Source: Thecamonas trahens ATCC 50062 (lineage: Eukaryota; Protista; Apusomonadida). From it: a DNA stretch of 64,000 bases. The notes beneath the pieces are model-generated. The model was not told the origin of the DNA. It saw only the letters and a program-made list of their open reading frames with translations, and did not search any database. The DNA is taken from positions 186,001 through 250,000 of the forward strand of contig NW_013657676.1 of the NCBI RefSeq assembly GCF_000142905.1, written 5' to 3'. The number at the start of each line of letters is the position of its first letter. Position 1 is the stretch's first letter. This document shows, piece after piece, positions 22,619-32,600 of the stretch. A program made the translations under genes and the position numbers.

Positions 22619-25600
22619 ATGTTGAGGAGGACAAAGAAGCGACGGCGGACTGGGCGCGGTGGCGGGCTTGGTGGAGGAGGTGGTGGCGGTGGTAGCGGTG
22701 GTGACGACGACGGGCCGGGCGCTCGGAAGCGAGCGCGCGGGCTGCTAGTCGACCTCTCTGCCGGCGACCCAGAGGTCGGCGGCGAGCCGCTGCTGCCGCT
22801 GCCGTCGTTGGCGGTGGCCGATGATGGCCCGGCCGGCGTGGCAGAGGCGGCAGCGGTGCTGGCGAGGTACGACCCGTCTGCTGCGCGGGTTCCTGCCGCG
22901 ATCGCGGCTGCGTCTCATGAGAGCCTGCCGCAGGAGCCCGCGGCTATGGCGAGTGTGCTGGCTGTGGCATTTGAGGCTGGTGCTGCTGCGCTGAGCGGGC
23001 AGGCCGCGGTGCTGCTTGACACGTGGGCTGCGGCGCTCCCCGCATCGGCGCTGGTCGCAGTCTTGGCCCACACGCCCGGAACCGCGCCACAAGCGCTCAT
23101 CGGCGGCCTTTACGAGATCATTCTCGATCCAAGCCTCCCGCGGCACGACGATCGGGTGGCGGCAGCGCAAAGTGCAAGTGAGGTGCTCGACATACCTGGC
23201 CTCGCGGCCTGGATTGTGGCAAGCAAGCACCGCAAGCATTTGTTGCGGCTGATGTCGTCGACGCGTCGTGAGGCTCTCCTTACCTATGTCCTTTCCCCCC
23301 TCGCGACCGATCGCTGGTCGGATAGACTCGAACGCCACTTTGAGCTCGACGCCGTTGTCGGCGCCTGCCTCGACGACTCGGTGCTCGCATCCGAGCTGTA
23401 CGCGATGACCACAGCAGCGGCCAAGCGCGAGCCGCGGGCCTGGCTCCCAGCCCGGGCCTGGATCCTCGACCGGTGGCTGGAGCGCTCGTTGGCCACCGGA
23501 GGTGAGGTGTGGGACACGCTGCTGGCAGACGACAGCGCCAAGGGTCCTGGCTCTGCGCAAGCTGCTCTTGCCCAACATGCGTCAGCCCGCTTGGCGACGC
23601 CCGGTGATGCAGGCTCTGCTCTGGATCTGGCACTCAACACAGGCGTGCTGGCCAAGCTGAGCGGCCGCCAGCTTGCGGCGTTGGTAGCAGTGCTAGGCGC
23701 TACGCCGCAAGCAGTGAGCACGGCGGTGCGAGCGACGACGATCCGCTCGGTCCTTCACCGCATGCTGAGCACGTCTGGTCCAAAGGCGGCAGGCACCGAC
23801 CTTGCCTCCGCCTGCTCGCCCCGTGTGATGACCAACTTGCGGCAGGTCCTCCTCGAGCGAGGCTGGGACCCGCGCGATGACGGGCAACTTCTCTTTCTAC
23901 CGGGCCTCTGCGATACTCCGGGCCTGGACCGGATCGCGGAAGACCACAGACTCTCAGTCTCGCTGTTCTGGGACGGCTGCCGGGACCTATGGGGAAGGAG
24001 TCCGCATGCCACGGCCTCCGCCGCTGCTGCCTTGCTCGCTTCGGCTATTGCCAGCGCGCTGTGGGACAAGGCTGTGCGTGATCAGCTGATGCGGCCAGCA
24101 GCGGGGCTGAGCTCATCGGCCCATTACGCAGCCGTGCTAGCCGGCGGTGTTCGAATGCTCGAGGCGTGCTTGCGGGCGAGCGGCACAGGCGAGCCTGCGC
24201 TTCTCGGCTCGACATTGGACGGCGGGTTGTGGCTCGGCTCGTTTGCCGCCGACTGGACCCACGACGCTTATCCTGCACGGACGGTTCCGCTTGTTGCGCT
24301 CCTCAGCGATGTCTTTCTGGTCATGGTCGAGCTCGGAGCCTCGGTCTTTGACCCGAGCAACGAGCTTGGAGCCGAGCTTGTTCCGGCGAACATCGTAGCT
24401 CTCATGTGGTGGATGGCGCCGCAGCTCCAGACCCAGGCAGCCGAGCTCTGTGTTTTGCGGACCCAGACAATTGTTGCTGAGACCGTCGCTCGCACGCTGC
24501 AGCTGGCTGAGGCGGCCAAGCCGTCGGCATTTATGCAGAGCAAGGGACTGACACCTTTGGCCTTGGCGCACCTGCAGGGCTTGGCGAAAGTTATCAACGC
24601 AGGCGCGGCGCCGCAACGCGGCACAGGCGGTCTACGTGAGCGGCTGCGTGGCGGCGAGAGCGAGAGCGAGCTTTGGCCGCTGGCTACCGCACTGGTCGGC
24701 CTCTCGTCGTCGCCGTACATGGGCAACGGCAGTGATGTTGTCGCTGCGCTCGCGCGCGCATTCGATCCGTTTCCAGTTGCGCTCCTTGCCCCTTCCACTT
24801 TGCAGCCAGCCTTTCTTGCCTTTGGAGAGCGCCTGATGCGTCACGTCCGCTCTCTGGCGCTGAGCAAGACGGGCGACATCGGGCGATTGCGCCTGATCTG
24901 GCTCTACAAGGCGCTGCACTTGTTGGCAACGCTCGCCGAGGCCGATTCGGCGAGGCGGGCGCTGCTCATCCACCACGAGCCGATCTCGTGCCTTATCCAT
25001 CTGCTCGGCCTTCGTGATCGCGGCGTCGAAGAGGTGGCGCGGACGCGGGCCAACGCCTCCAACTGCCTCAAGCAGTACGTGGCGCGTGGGCTCGGCGACC
25101 CAAGCGCCGCTGCGCGCAACGTGCTCCTCTCGCTTGCTCAGCTCCACTCACTCGTTCCGATGCTCCTCTCGACGGGTCTCCGGCATATCGTGAGCGACGG
25201 CAACGTCGATCCACTCGCCGAGGATGCGCTGAGCATGCTCCGGCTGGCGGTCCGGACCTCGCAGCTCAAGGCGACACTCGTCCTTCCGGCCACAGGCCTC
25301 ATCGCCCACCTGCGCCGGTTGCTATTTCAGCCCGCCGACGCCAAGATTGTTCTCGGCTCTCCACCGGCCGCCGCCGCTGTTTTCGAACTCTTTGACGCCG
25401 CCGTCGCCGCGCCCGCCCTCTCATCGGGCATTGCCGAAGCCGCCCTCCACCGGCTGCTCATCGATGGCCTCCTCGCTGCGCACCGCGCCGCTGACGCCGT
25501 TGCGGTTGTCCGCAAACTTCCGGCTCCGCTCGCCCTCGACGCCTTTACCAACTCGCAGCTGCTCAAAACCCGGATGGTCACGCCGCGCGACGCCGTGGCA

Positions 25601-25639
25601 AGCCAGCTTGGTGCTTGCGCGGCGAGCCTTGGACTCTAG
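22619..25639 (+). CDS. hypothetical ~1006-aa Ala/Leu-rich helical-repeat (ARM/HEAT-like) protein with N-terminal basic NLS
   Basis: Long ORF with coding-like composition; GCCATG start; MLRRTKKRRR. Confidence 0.7.
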   Translation: MLRRTKKRRRTGRGGGLGGGGGGGGSGGDDDGPGARKRARGLLVDLSAGDPEVGGEPLLPLPSLAVADDGPAGVAEAAAVLARYDPSAARVPAAIAAASHESLPQEPAAMASVLAVAFEAGAAALSGQAAVLLDTWAAALPASALVAVLAHTPGTAPQALIGGLYEIILDPSLPRHDDRVAAAQSASEVLDIPGLAAWIVASKHRKHLLRLMSSTRREALLTYVLSPLATDRWSDRLERHFELDAVVGACLDDSVLASELYAMTTAAAKREPRAWLPARAWILDRWLERSLATGGEVWDTLLADDSAKGPGSAQAALAQHASARLATPGDAGSALDLALNTGVLAKLSGRQLAALVAVLGATPQAVSTAVRATTIRSVLHRMLSTSGPKAAGTDLASACSPRVMTNLRQVLLERGWDPRDDGQLLFLPGLCDTPGLDRIAEDHRLSVSLFWDGCRDLWGRSPHATASAAAALLASAIASALWDKAVRDQLMRPAAGLSSSAHYAAVLAGGVRMLEACLRASGTGEPALLGSTLDGGLWLGSFAADWTHDAYPARTVPLVALLSDVFLVMVELGASVFDPSNELGAELVPANIVALMWWMAPQLQTQAAELCVLRTQTIVAETVARTLQLAEAAKPSAFMQSKGLTPLALAHLQGLAKVINAGAAPQRGTGGLRERLRGGESESELWPLATALVGLSSSPYMGNGSDVVAALARAFDPFPVALLAPSTLQPAFLAFGERLMRHVRSLALSKTGDIGRLRLIWLYKALHLLATLAEADSARRALLIHHEPISCLIHLLGLRDRGVEEVARTRANASNCLKQYVARGLGDPSAAARNVLLSLAQLHSLVPMLLSTGLRHIVSDGNVDPLAEDALSMLRLAVRTSQLKATLVLPATGLIAHLRRLLFQPADAKIVLGSPPAAAAVFELFDAAVAAPALSSGIAEAALHRLLIDGLLAAHRAADAVAVVRKLPAPLALDAFTNSQLLKTRMVTPRDAVASQLGACAASLGL

Positions 25640-25740
25640 CGCTGACCCCCCTTCCCCCCTCCCTTTCCTCAATTCCAATGACACCGCACTGTCACCTGTG
25701 GCAGCAGGGGAGCGACAGGCAACAAAGGCGAGAGCCAGCC

Positions 25741-27528
25741 ATGCACGGCCGTTCTGCAAGGGCAGGACATGGCCGGGCGGGAACAGGGCGGGTGGTGGCT
25801 GGGCAGACCCTGGTCCTTTCCCGCGAGAGGCGTCAGACGGTGAAGGCCAAGCAGAGGCCGCAAGCCCACCGTGCCCAACCGCCGCCAACCAAGGCGAGGT
25901 CCAAGCCGCCGGGAAGGGGTTCGCGGACCAGGGCGCGGACGCTCGCCGTCCTCCCACCGCTGCCAGTGGGACAGGCAAGCGGACGGCGAGGAGGCACCAG
26001 TGCGCTGCGGCCGCGGGTCGGCGTGCTTAGCCGCCACCGGGCACAGGTGGCGGCGCGGACGGCGCGGGCGGCGGCCGAGGGTGTGACGCGGGTCTTTGGC
26101 GACTCGCACGACACCTTTGCCGCCGGCACAGGCGCAGCCCGGATTCGGGCCACGCTCCGCGTGGCGGCGGCTCGACCGCAACCACCGGCCGCCGCCAGCG
26201 GCGACGGTGACGGCAGCGGCGTGCGGATCTCGGTCGATCGCGTCATCGACGCGCTGCGGATCCGTGGCGAAGTGGCGTCAATGGCAGCGGCGACCAGCGG
26301 CGAGGCGACAGGCGGCTCGCTGGAGGAGCTGCAGGAACTGGTGGATGCCGGCCTCGCACTGAAGCCGTGCGTACCGGAGAGCCTCGTCGAGGTCGAGACC
26401 TTTCCGGTCCGCCCGCCGCGCGTCTGGGTCCAGGTGAGCGGCAAGCAGCGGGCGCGATACACCGAGACACCGGAGCACCAGGCCGACGGCTCGGTCAACT
26501 GGATCCGGACGTTGTATCCGCCGGCAGTTGTGACCACCGACGACGAGTTTGCACGGACTGCTGAGCTGGTGGGCAGGCTCGCGGCCCAGACCCGCGATCC
26601 GACGGTGGTCGCGGTCGGGCACACAGGTCGCGAGGGCCTTCTTGAGCGAGAGGCCGAGTTTGTGAGCACCTTGTTGGCTGCCACGCAGATGGGGCTGACC
26701 GAGGTAGCGCGTGGCAGCGCGGTGCGCGCTGCCGCACTCCGAGAGCCGCCGCGGCTCCTGGAAGCCTGCATCGCCCTTCTGCGTGCACTCGAGATTTTGC
26801 ATGGCCTGACGCCAGCCGCGCCGGGTCCAATGGAGCACGAAGAGGCTGCGCGGGTGGCTGCCGTCCGCGACGCCATTGAGGCGCGGCGCGAACTCGACGC
26901 GCTCATCACCGCCGAGAAGAACGAGACTCGTGAGCTGCTGGAGGCGATCGAGAAGGCACGGACCGAGGCTAGCGCACTGGAGCGTGAGCTCGAGGCTACG
27001 CGCAAGCGGACAGCGGAGGCCCGAGCGCGGGCAGAAGCGCCGCTAGCCCGGAGCGGCGAGCAAGAGTCGTTCTCACACGAGCGAGTGCTGGTGGTCGGCG
27101 AGCTCCAGAGCGTGGAAAAGGCCAATGTGTTGCTCGAGGCTGAGCTCGTTGCGCTCAAGAGCCGGGCCGCTGATGTGGTGCAGGCCAAGGTTGTCAGCAC
27201 AATGCAGGCGCACAAGGTTGAGGCAGAGATCAAAGAGGCGTCGGCCGAGCAGCTCGCCATCCTCCTCGCGCTCGCCCACCGCAAGTCGGAGCTCGAGGCC
27301 ACTGACGCGCAGCTTGCGGCCCTCAATGAGTCGATCGCGTGTGCCGAGGCCGAGAAGGAAGTCCAGCGGATCCACGAGAACAAGGCCAAGTTTGTGGCGT
27401 CGATGAAGGGGCGCAGCCCGGCAGCACGGCCCGCCCTCCGCCGCGGTCCGAGCACCGGCGGACATCACCGGCGGGCCTCAGTCACTCCCTCCTCGCTCCT
27501 CACCACCAGCTCGACCTCGATGTTGTAA
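25741..27528 (+). CDS. hypothetical coiled-coil protein
   Basis: Long ORF with a heptad-rich C-terminal half (EARRELDALITAEKNETRELLEAIEKAR..); start uncertain (GCCATG at 25741). Confidence 0.65.
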   Translation: MHGRSARAGHGRAGTGRVVAGQTLVLSRERRQTVKAKQRPQAHRAQPPPTKARSKPPGRGSRTRARTLAVLPPLPVGQASGRRGGTSALRPRVGVLSRHRAQVAARTARAAAEGVTRVFGDSHDTFAAGTGAARIRATLRVAAARPQPPAAASGDGDGSGVRISVDRVIDALRIRGEVASMAAATSGEATGGSLEELQELVDAGLALKPCVPESLVEVETFPVRPPRVWVQVSGKQRARYTETPEHQADGSVNWIRTLYPPAVVTTDDEFARTAELVGRLAAQTRDPTVVAVGHTGREGLLEREAEFVSTLLAATQMGLTEVARGSAVRAAALREPPRLLEACIALLRALEILHGLTPAAPGPMEHEEAARVAAVRDAIEARRELDALITAEKNETRELLEAIEKARTEASALERELEATRKRTAEARARAEAPLARSGEQESFSHERVLVVGELQSVEKANVLLEAELVALKSRAADVVQAKVVSTMQAHKVEAEIKEASAEQLAILLALAHRKSELEATDAQLAALNESIACAEAEKEVQRIHENKAKFVASMKGRSPAARPALRRGPSTGGHHRRASVTPSSLLTTSSTSML

Positions 27529-27713
27529 AGGTAATGGCCTTGCGCAGTCGTGCCTGTGGGCCGAGGTGCGATAGCCGAAAAGGAGCAAATGTCGCGTTGG
27601 CGAAGCGGCAGCGTCCGACGATTGAGTCACGCTTGCCGCGCGTCACTGGCGCAAGGGGCGAGGGAGCGGGAGAGAGGAAGCCACTCGACTCTGGCTCTAG
27701 CGGCATTGCAGCC

Positions 27714-28325
27714 ATGCTTGGGCGGGTGCGACTTGTTGTGGGACGGCATGCAGCAGGAGCAGGCGGTGGCGCGTGGGCGCAGAAGTGGGTGCTGGCGCAG
27801 GCGCGGGCGATGCATGCGACGGCGGCGGTAGAGGGCTGGCGCGACATGGACGGCGGGCGGGCGAGGGCTGCGCGGGCCAAGACGGCGGCGGTGCGGGCGA
27901 TGGTGGCCGGGACGGGCCCGAATGCAGTCAGTCGCGATGCGGCATGGGAGGAGGCGAAGCGGACCGGGACGTGGGCCGAGACTGCCGAGGGCAGGGCCCG
28001 GCGGCGAGCCGAGCAGACCTCGAGCATCCAGGTCTTTGACGCCTTCTCGGTCGCCTTTGTCACCCTTGTGGGCGCCGTCTGTGCCCTCACCTGGGTCATT
28101 GCCCCCATCCTTGTCCCGGACGATGCCCTCGACGGCGCAGATCCCGATGGGCGCTTTGCCAAGGTCAACGTGTCCGGCGCAGACGGCTCGCGCTGGTGGG
28201 AGATCCTCAATGTCTCCGGCCGTCCGCGCGGTGGCACGAGCGAGGCCGATGGCGAGAAGGAGAGCGAGCTCGACTCGGACTCGGGCTCGGGCTCGGCTGC
28301 TGCTACCGATCCCAGTGCAGCGTGA
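27714..28325 (+). CDS. hypothetical single-pass membrane protein, possible mitochondrial presequence
   Basis: GCCATG start; Arg/Ala-rich MLGRVRLVVGRH..RAMHAT; TM segment FSVAFVTLVGAVCALTWVIAPIL. Confidence 0.6.
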   Translation: MLGRVRLVVGRHAAGAGGGAWAQKWVLAQARAMHATAAVEGWRDMDGGRARAARAKTAAVRAMVAGTGPNAVSRDAAWEEAKRTGTWAETAEGRARRRAEQTSSIQVFDAFSVAFVTLVGAVCALTWVIAPILVPDDALDGADPDGRFAKVNVSGADGSRWWEILNVSGRPRGGTSEADGEKESELDSDSGSGSAAATDPSAA

Positions 28326-28378
28326 GTGCAAGCGGTGTACATGTGATGTGGTTTCATGCGTTTACGGGGGAAGGGGGC

Positions 28379-28573
28379 CTACTCGCGGGCGCGCAGCTTC
28401 TCCTCCTGGGCTCTGCTCTTCGCACGCTTTGCCTCTTCGACAGCATCGCGATCGACCTTCTTCTTCCGCAACTTCGCGGCTCTGCGGTTGAGCTTCGCCA
28501 CCCGGTCGGAGAGGGCGAGCATGTCCTTACGTAGCGAGACGGCGCGGGTATGGTACATGGGCAGATGCGACAT
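28379..28573 (-). CDS. BLOC1S6: pallidin / BLOC-1 subunit 6 (3' exon; 5' exon in the gap)
   Basis: YHTRAVSLRKDMLALSDRVAKLNRRAAKLRKKK..EEKLRAR matches the pallidin C-terminus; acceptor CAG at 28576-28574 with a C-rich tract and GCTCAC branch-like motif. Confidence 0.8.
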   Translation of the reverse strand: MSHLPMYHTRAVSLRKDMLALSDRVAKLNRRAAKLRKKKVDRDAVEEAKRAKSRAQEEKLRARE

Positions 28574-28705
28574 CTGGACGGGAAATGGAGGGAGGGGGAT
28601 GTGAGCGGAGCGGAGAAGTGGGAGGGGGGGGAGGGGGGAGGGGGGGGGGGTAGGAGGCGGTGGGCGGAGGGTGGCGGAGGGACGGACGGAGGGACCGGGA
28701 GGGCC

Positions 28706-28805
28706 NNNNNNNNNNNNNNNNNNNNNNNNNNNNNNNNNNNNNNNNNNNNNNNNNNNNNNNNNNNNNNNNNNNNNNNNNNNNNNNNNNNNNNNNNNNNNNN
28801 NNNNN
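28706..28805. other. assembly gap (100 N)
   Basis: N run. Confidence 1.
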
Positions 28806-28825
28806 CACACCACACACACACACTA

Positions 28826-28891
<66 letters not shown>
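28806..28891. repeat. (CA)n microsatellite
   Basis: CA run upstream of the Rap gene. Confidence 0.95.
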
Positions 28892-28895
<4 letters not shown>

Positions 28896-28954
28896 TATCA
28901 CCTCTCTCCACCCTCCTCCACCAACCACCTCCCCGCCCCAGCCCCCCTCCCGCC

Positions 28955-29605
28955 ATGCGCGAGTACCGCCTGGTGGTCATGGGCGCCGGTGGCGTCGGCA
29001 AGTCGGCACTGACGGTCATGTTCGTGCAGGGCCACTTTGTAGAAGAGGTACGCTCTTTCTTCCTCTACCTCCTCCTCTGCCCTCCCTCCCCCTTCCTCTC
29101 CCCACTCACCCATCCCCCCCCTCCCCCCCCCCCCCCCCCCCCCTCCGCTCAGTACGACCCCACTGTGGAGGACTCGCACCGAGCACAACGGGACATCGAA
29201 GGCGATGAGTGCGTGCTGGAGATCCTGGACACTGCAGGCACAAAGCAGTTCTCGGCCATGCGCGATCTCTACGTCCGCATGGGCCAGGGCTTTGTTCTGG
29301 TCTTCTCTCTCACAGACGCTGCCACCCTCGACGATGTCCGCGACATCCACACCCGTATCCTCAGAGTTAAGGACGCCGACTACGTCCCGGCTGTCATCGT
29401 CGGCAACAAGGCTGACCTCGTCGACTCGCGCAAGGTATCCGCAGAGGAGGCAAAGGCCGCCGCCGCAGGCTGTAACTGCTCCTTCATCGAGACGTCGGCA
29501 AAGAGTGGTCAGAACGTCAACGAGGTCTTCCACGACCTCGTCCGCCAGATCAACGCCCACGCACCGAAGAACAAGGACAAGAAGAAAAAGTGTGTCATCC
29601 TTTGA
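28955..29605 (+). CDS. RAP1: Rap-subfamily Ras GTPase; exons 28955-29047 and 29153-29605
   Basis: [30 protein letters not shown] (Rap-specific T61), [17 protein letters not shown] CaaL box; intron GTACGC..CAG at 29048-29152. Confidence 0.92.
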   Translation: MREYRLVVMGAGGVGKSALTVMFVQGHFVEEVRSFFLYLLLCPPSPFLSPLTHPPPPPPPPPPSAQYDPTVEDSHRAQRDIEGDECVLEILDTAGTKQFSAMRDLYVRMGQGFVLVFSLTDAATLDDVRDIHTRILRVKDADYVPAVIVGNKADLVDSRKVSAEEAKAAAAGCNCSFIETSAKSGQNVNEVFHDLVRQINAHAPKNKDKKKKCVIL

Positions 29606-29623
29606 CCTGCTCTTGCTCACACG

Positions 29624-32600
29624 CTACGCCGGCCTCTCTGGAAGCTTGGGTGGCAGCCCGGTTGGGCTCGCCACCACGCCCAGTGCGGCGCCACTCGGCG
29701 TCGGAATCGCCGACGACTGCGGCAGCGGCAGCGGCGGCCCCTCTGAAGGCGACGCTATGCTCAGGCTCTCCATCTCCATCGACGAGTGGCTCCCACCCAT
29801 AAAGTCATCGGTCTGTGTAAACACCACATCGTTGCTTGGCGAGCCCGCCAGCGAGTGCACCGTCGATGAAGCACTCCCGCGCTGCTCAAGTGTCACAGAC
29901 GAGCGCTCAAAGTTGCACATCGACAGATCCGACTCGCCGTCAATGAACAGCCCGTCCTCAAAGTCATCGTCGTACTTCTCCATCTCTTCTTTGTCGCGCC
30001 GGCTCGTCACAACGAGGTCGTACACCACACCGCCAAGAATCAGCACAATCTCCACCCCCAGCCCGCCCAGAATCAGCGTGTCACGAAGGTGCGCGTTGTA
30101 CGTCACCGTCCCGCCGAGAAGGACAAGCAGCCCCGCAAGCAGACATCCTACCGCGAGCTTGTTGTGCCACTCCTCCAGGTATGGACGCGCATACGCCACA
30201 TGCGTCAACGAGAAAATCAGCACAAGCGCCGCCATCGACGCCTTGACAAGCGGCGCCCGGAACGTCACTGTCGCAAGCACAACAAGGAACTTGCGCATCT
30301 GGATCCCCAGTGGCTCAAACAGGTAGTACCGCGACGAGAACCGCGCCACAAGGAACCCGTACTTGATCATAAACTGGAACTCCTCGAGTCCCCCCTTCTT
30401 TCGCCGGAGGAGCCACGTCACTCCTGCTGGAATGCCCAGGCAGTACAGCGCAATGAACAGCCCGACAAGCCAGATCAGAGACCAATATGCCGAGTTGTAG
30501 CAGTTTGACGACGGATTGTCCGTCATCACCCACACCCCGTCCGCCGTCTTGTGGCAGTCGAGATACCGGAGCGTCATGTGGCAGAGCGGCATGTAGCAGA
30601 AAATGAGCAGCTGCCAGTACGCCCGCCCGCACGCTGCACGCATCCCGCTACTCTTGGTCACAGACTCGGTCAGCAGTCGTCCCAGCCGCCGCTGGAACCG
30701 CATCGAGCACGACTGGTCACTCGCAAACATCGTCGGGTCGCACCACGCCGGCTTGGCCGCGCGGATCTGGTCGCCAAACTTCTCCACAAACCAGATGTAC
30801 ACCAGCGACCACAAATAGATGATGAAGAACGGCACTACAACAAGAATCGGAAGCGCCATCGTCAGTCCCCACTTGAGCAGCCAGATGTTGCCCACACTCA
30901 CCGTGCACTCGGGCGACGTCAGGTCCATGTTGAGGTTGACAAACGTGAGCGCATTGAAAAAGTGCTGTGCCCACACCGGCCATCCGAGCTCGAGATCACC
31001 ATACACCGCCAGAATCTGGAGCGTGTTGAACCCAATCATGAACGCAGCCAGGCCGTAGAACTTGTTGTTGCGCGTGTTGAGCCACACCAGCAGACAGCAA
31101 AAGACAAACAGCGCCACAAAAAACATCGTCACCAGAATGTACGTCGTCGTCGGTCGGCACTTGTAGCACCGCGCAGAGATCTTGTAAAAGCCCCTTTCGC
31201 AGTCGGCACACATCCGTCCCGTGTATCCCGCCCGGCACTTGCCATCGCCGAGGCATGCGTTGGCATCTTCGTCACACCGCAGGAACACCGTCGGATCTTG
31301 CGACGGGAAGAACCCAGGCCGCGATCGCGGGAGCGACACTCCGCCGTCGCACACCCCGCCTCCCGGACACGGCAGGCATGACACCCCGCGCGACAGCGCA
31401 TAGTATCCCGCCTGGCACGTGCAATTGAGCACAGAGCTCACCCCAACCGCGCCATGTGTCTCCGAAAACCGCGGACAGCCGCTGCACTCGGCTTCGTTCA
31501 CAGACTCGGTGTACGAGTTGACCGGACAGATCTCACACGGCCCGGTCTCTTCCACCGCGTACTGGCCCGCGGGACACTTGGACGCCACAAAAATGACCCA
31601 TGGCGACTCGGGCAGTGCCTCGCCTGCAACAGACACAGAGATTGTGTACACCCCGCCCTTCCACGGCGCAAACGTCGCGTCGTACCTCCCACGCCCGCTT
31701 GACACCAGGCTCACAGCACGCACATCGTCGCCGGCCTTGCTCAGCGCCGTCACGTCGTCGTTGGTCGACTGCGCCACGTTGCCAAACTGGTCGCGCGCAG
31801 TCACCACAAACGTCGTCGCGACATCGAGCTCAGCCGTGAGCAGTCCGGGCCCGCTCGCCAGCGACATCGATCCGCGCGTTGGGCCGGGAATCACCTCCAC
31901 AGCCACCTCGCTCGAAATCGCCGCACCGTTCAGTCGCACCTCGTGTCCATACACGCCCGTCACAGTCGGCACCTGTACGCTCACGGCGTACGTCCCATTG
32001 CCCACCGCCGTGCTCGACTCGAGCACCGGCGAGTAGATCGCCGTGCCTTCCACACGCACAACATCCACACGGTTGTCCAGTGCCGTCGCCACACTCGTCG
32101 CATCCCGCATCGCTTGCACCGTAAACATCCATGAGCTGCCTGCTGCAACACGCACAGGCGCCGTGTACGACACAAGCGATGCTGCTGCGTCGGCGTCCGA
32201 GCACAGCACGTCCGTGTCGCCGCTCCAGCTTCGGTCCGCCTGACACGTCCGCACCGTCGTCCCGTACGGTGTGTAGCCGCTGTTGCACGAGATCGTACAC
32301 TCGGACAAGAACGCCGCCCCGTTGCACGTCAGTCGCCCGTTCTGCGGAGGCGTCTGTGTCGACGACAACGATGTACAGTCGAGACGCGAGCACGTCTGCG
32401 ATCCCACGCCCGACCACGTCCCGTCCGTCTGGCACACACGCTGTGCCGAGCCCACAAGCACAAACCCGGATATGCACGAGAACGTCGCCACATCGCCCGT
32501 CGTCCCTGTCGTCCGTGACACGTTGCCGTTGACCGGTGCACTCAGCACTAGCAGACACGCGTTGCCAACGCACACCGGCGCCGCCGCTGACCATGTCGAG

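Noticed and set aside
22619-25639. Faint resemblance to MEI1 (LDIPGLAAWIV..KHLLRL)
   Set aside because: Too short and low-complexity to support without a profile search.
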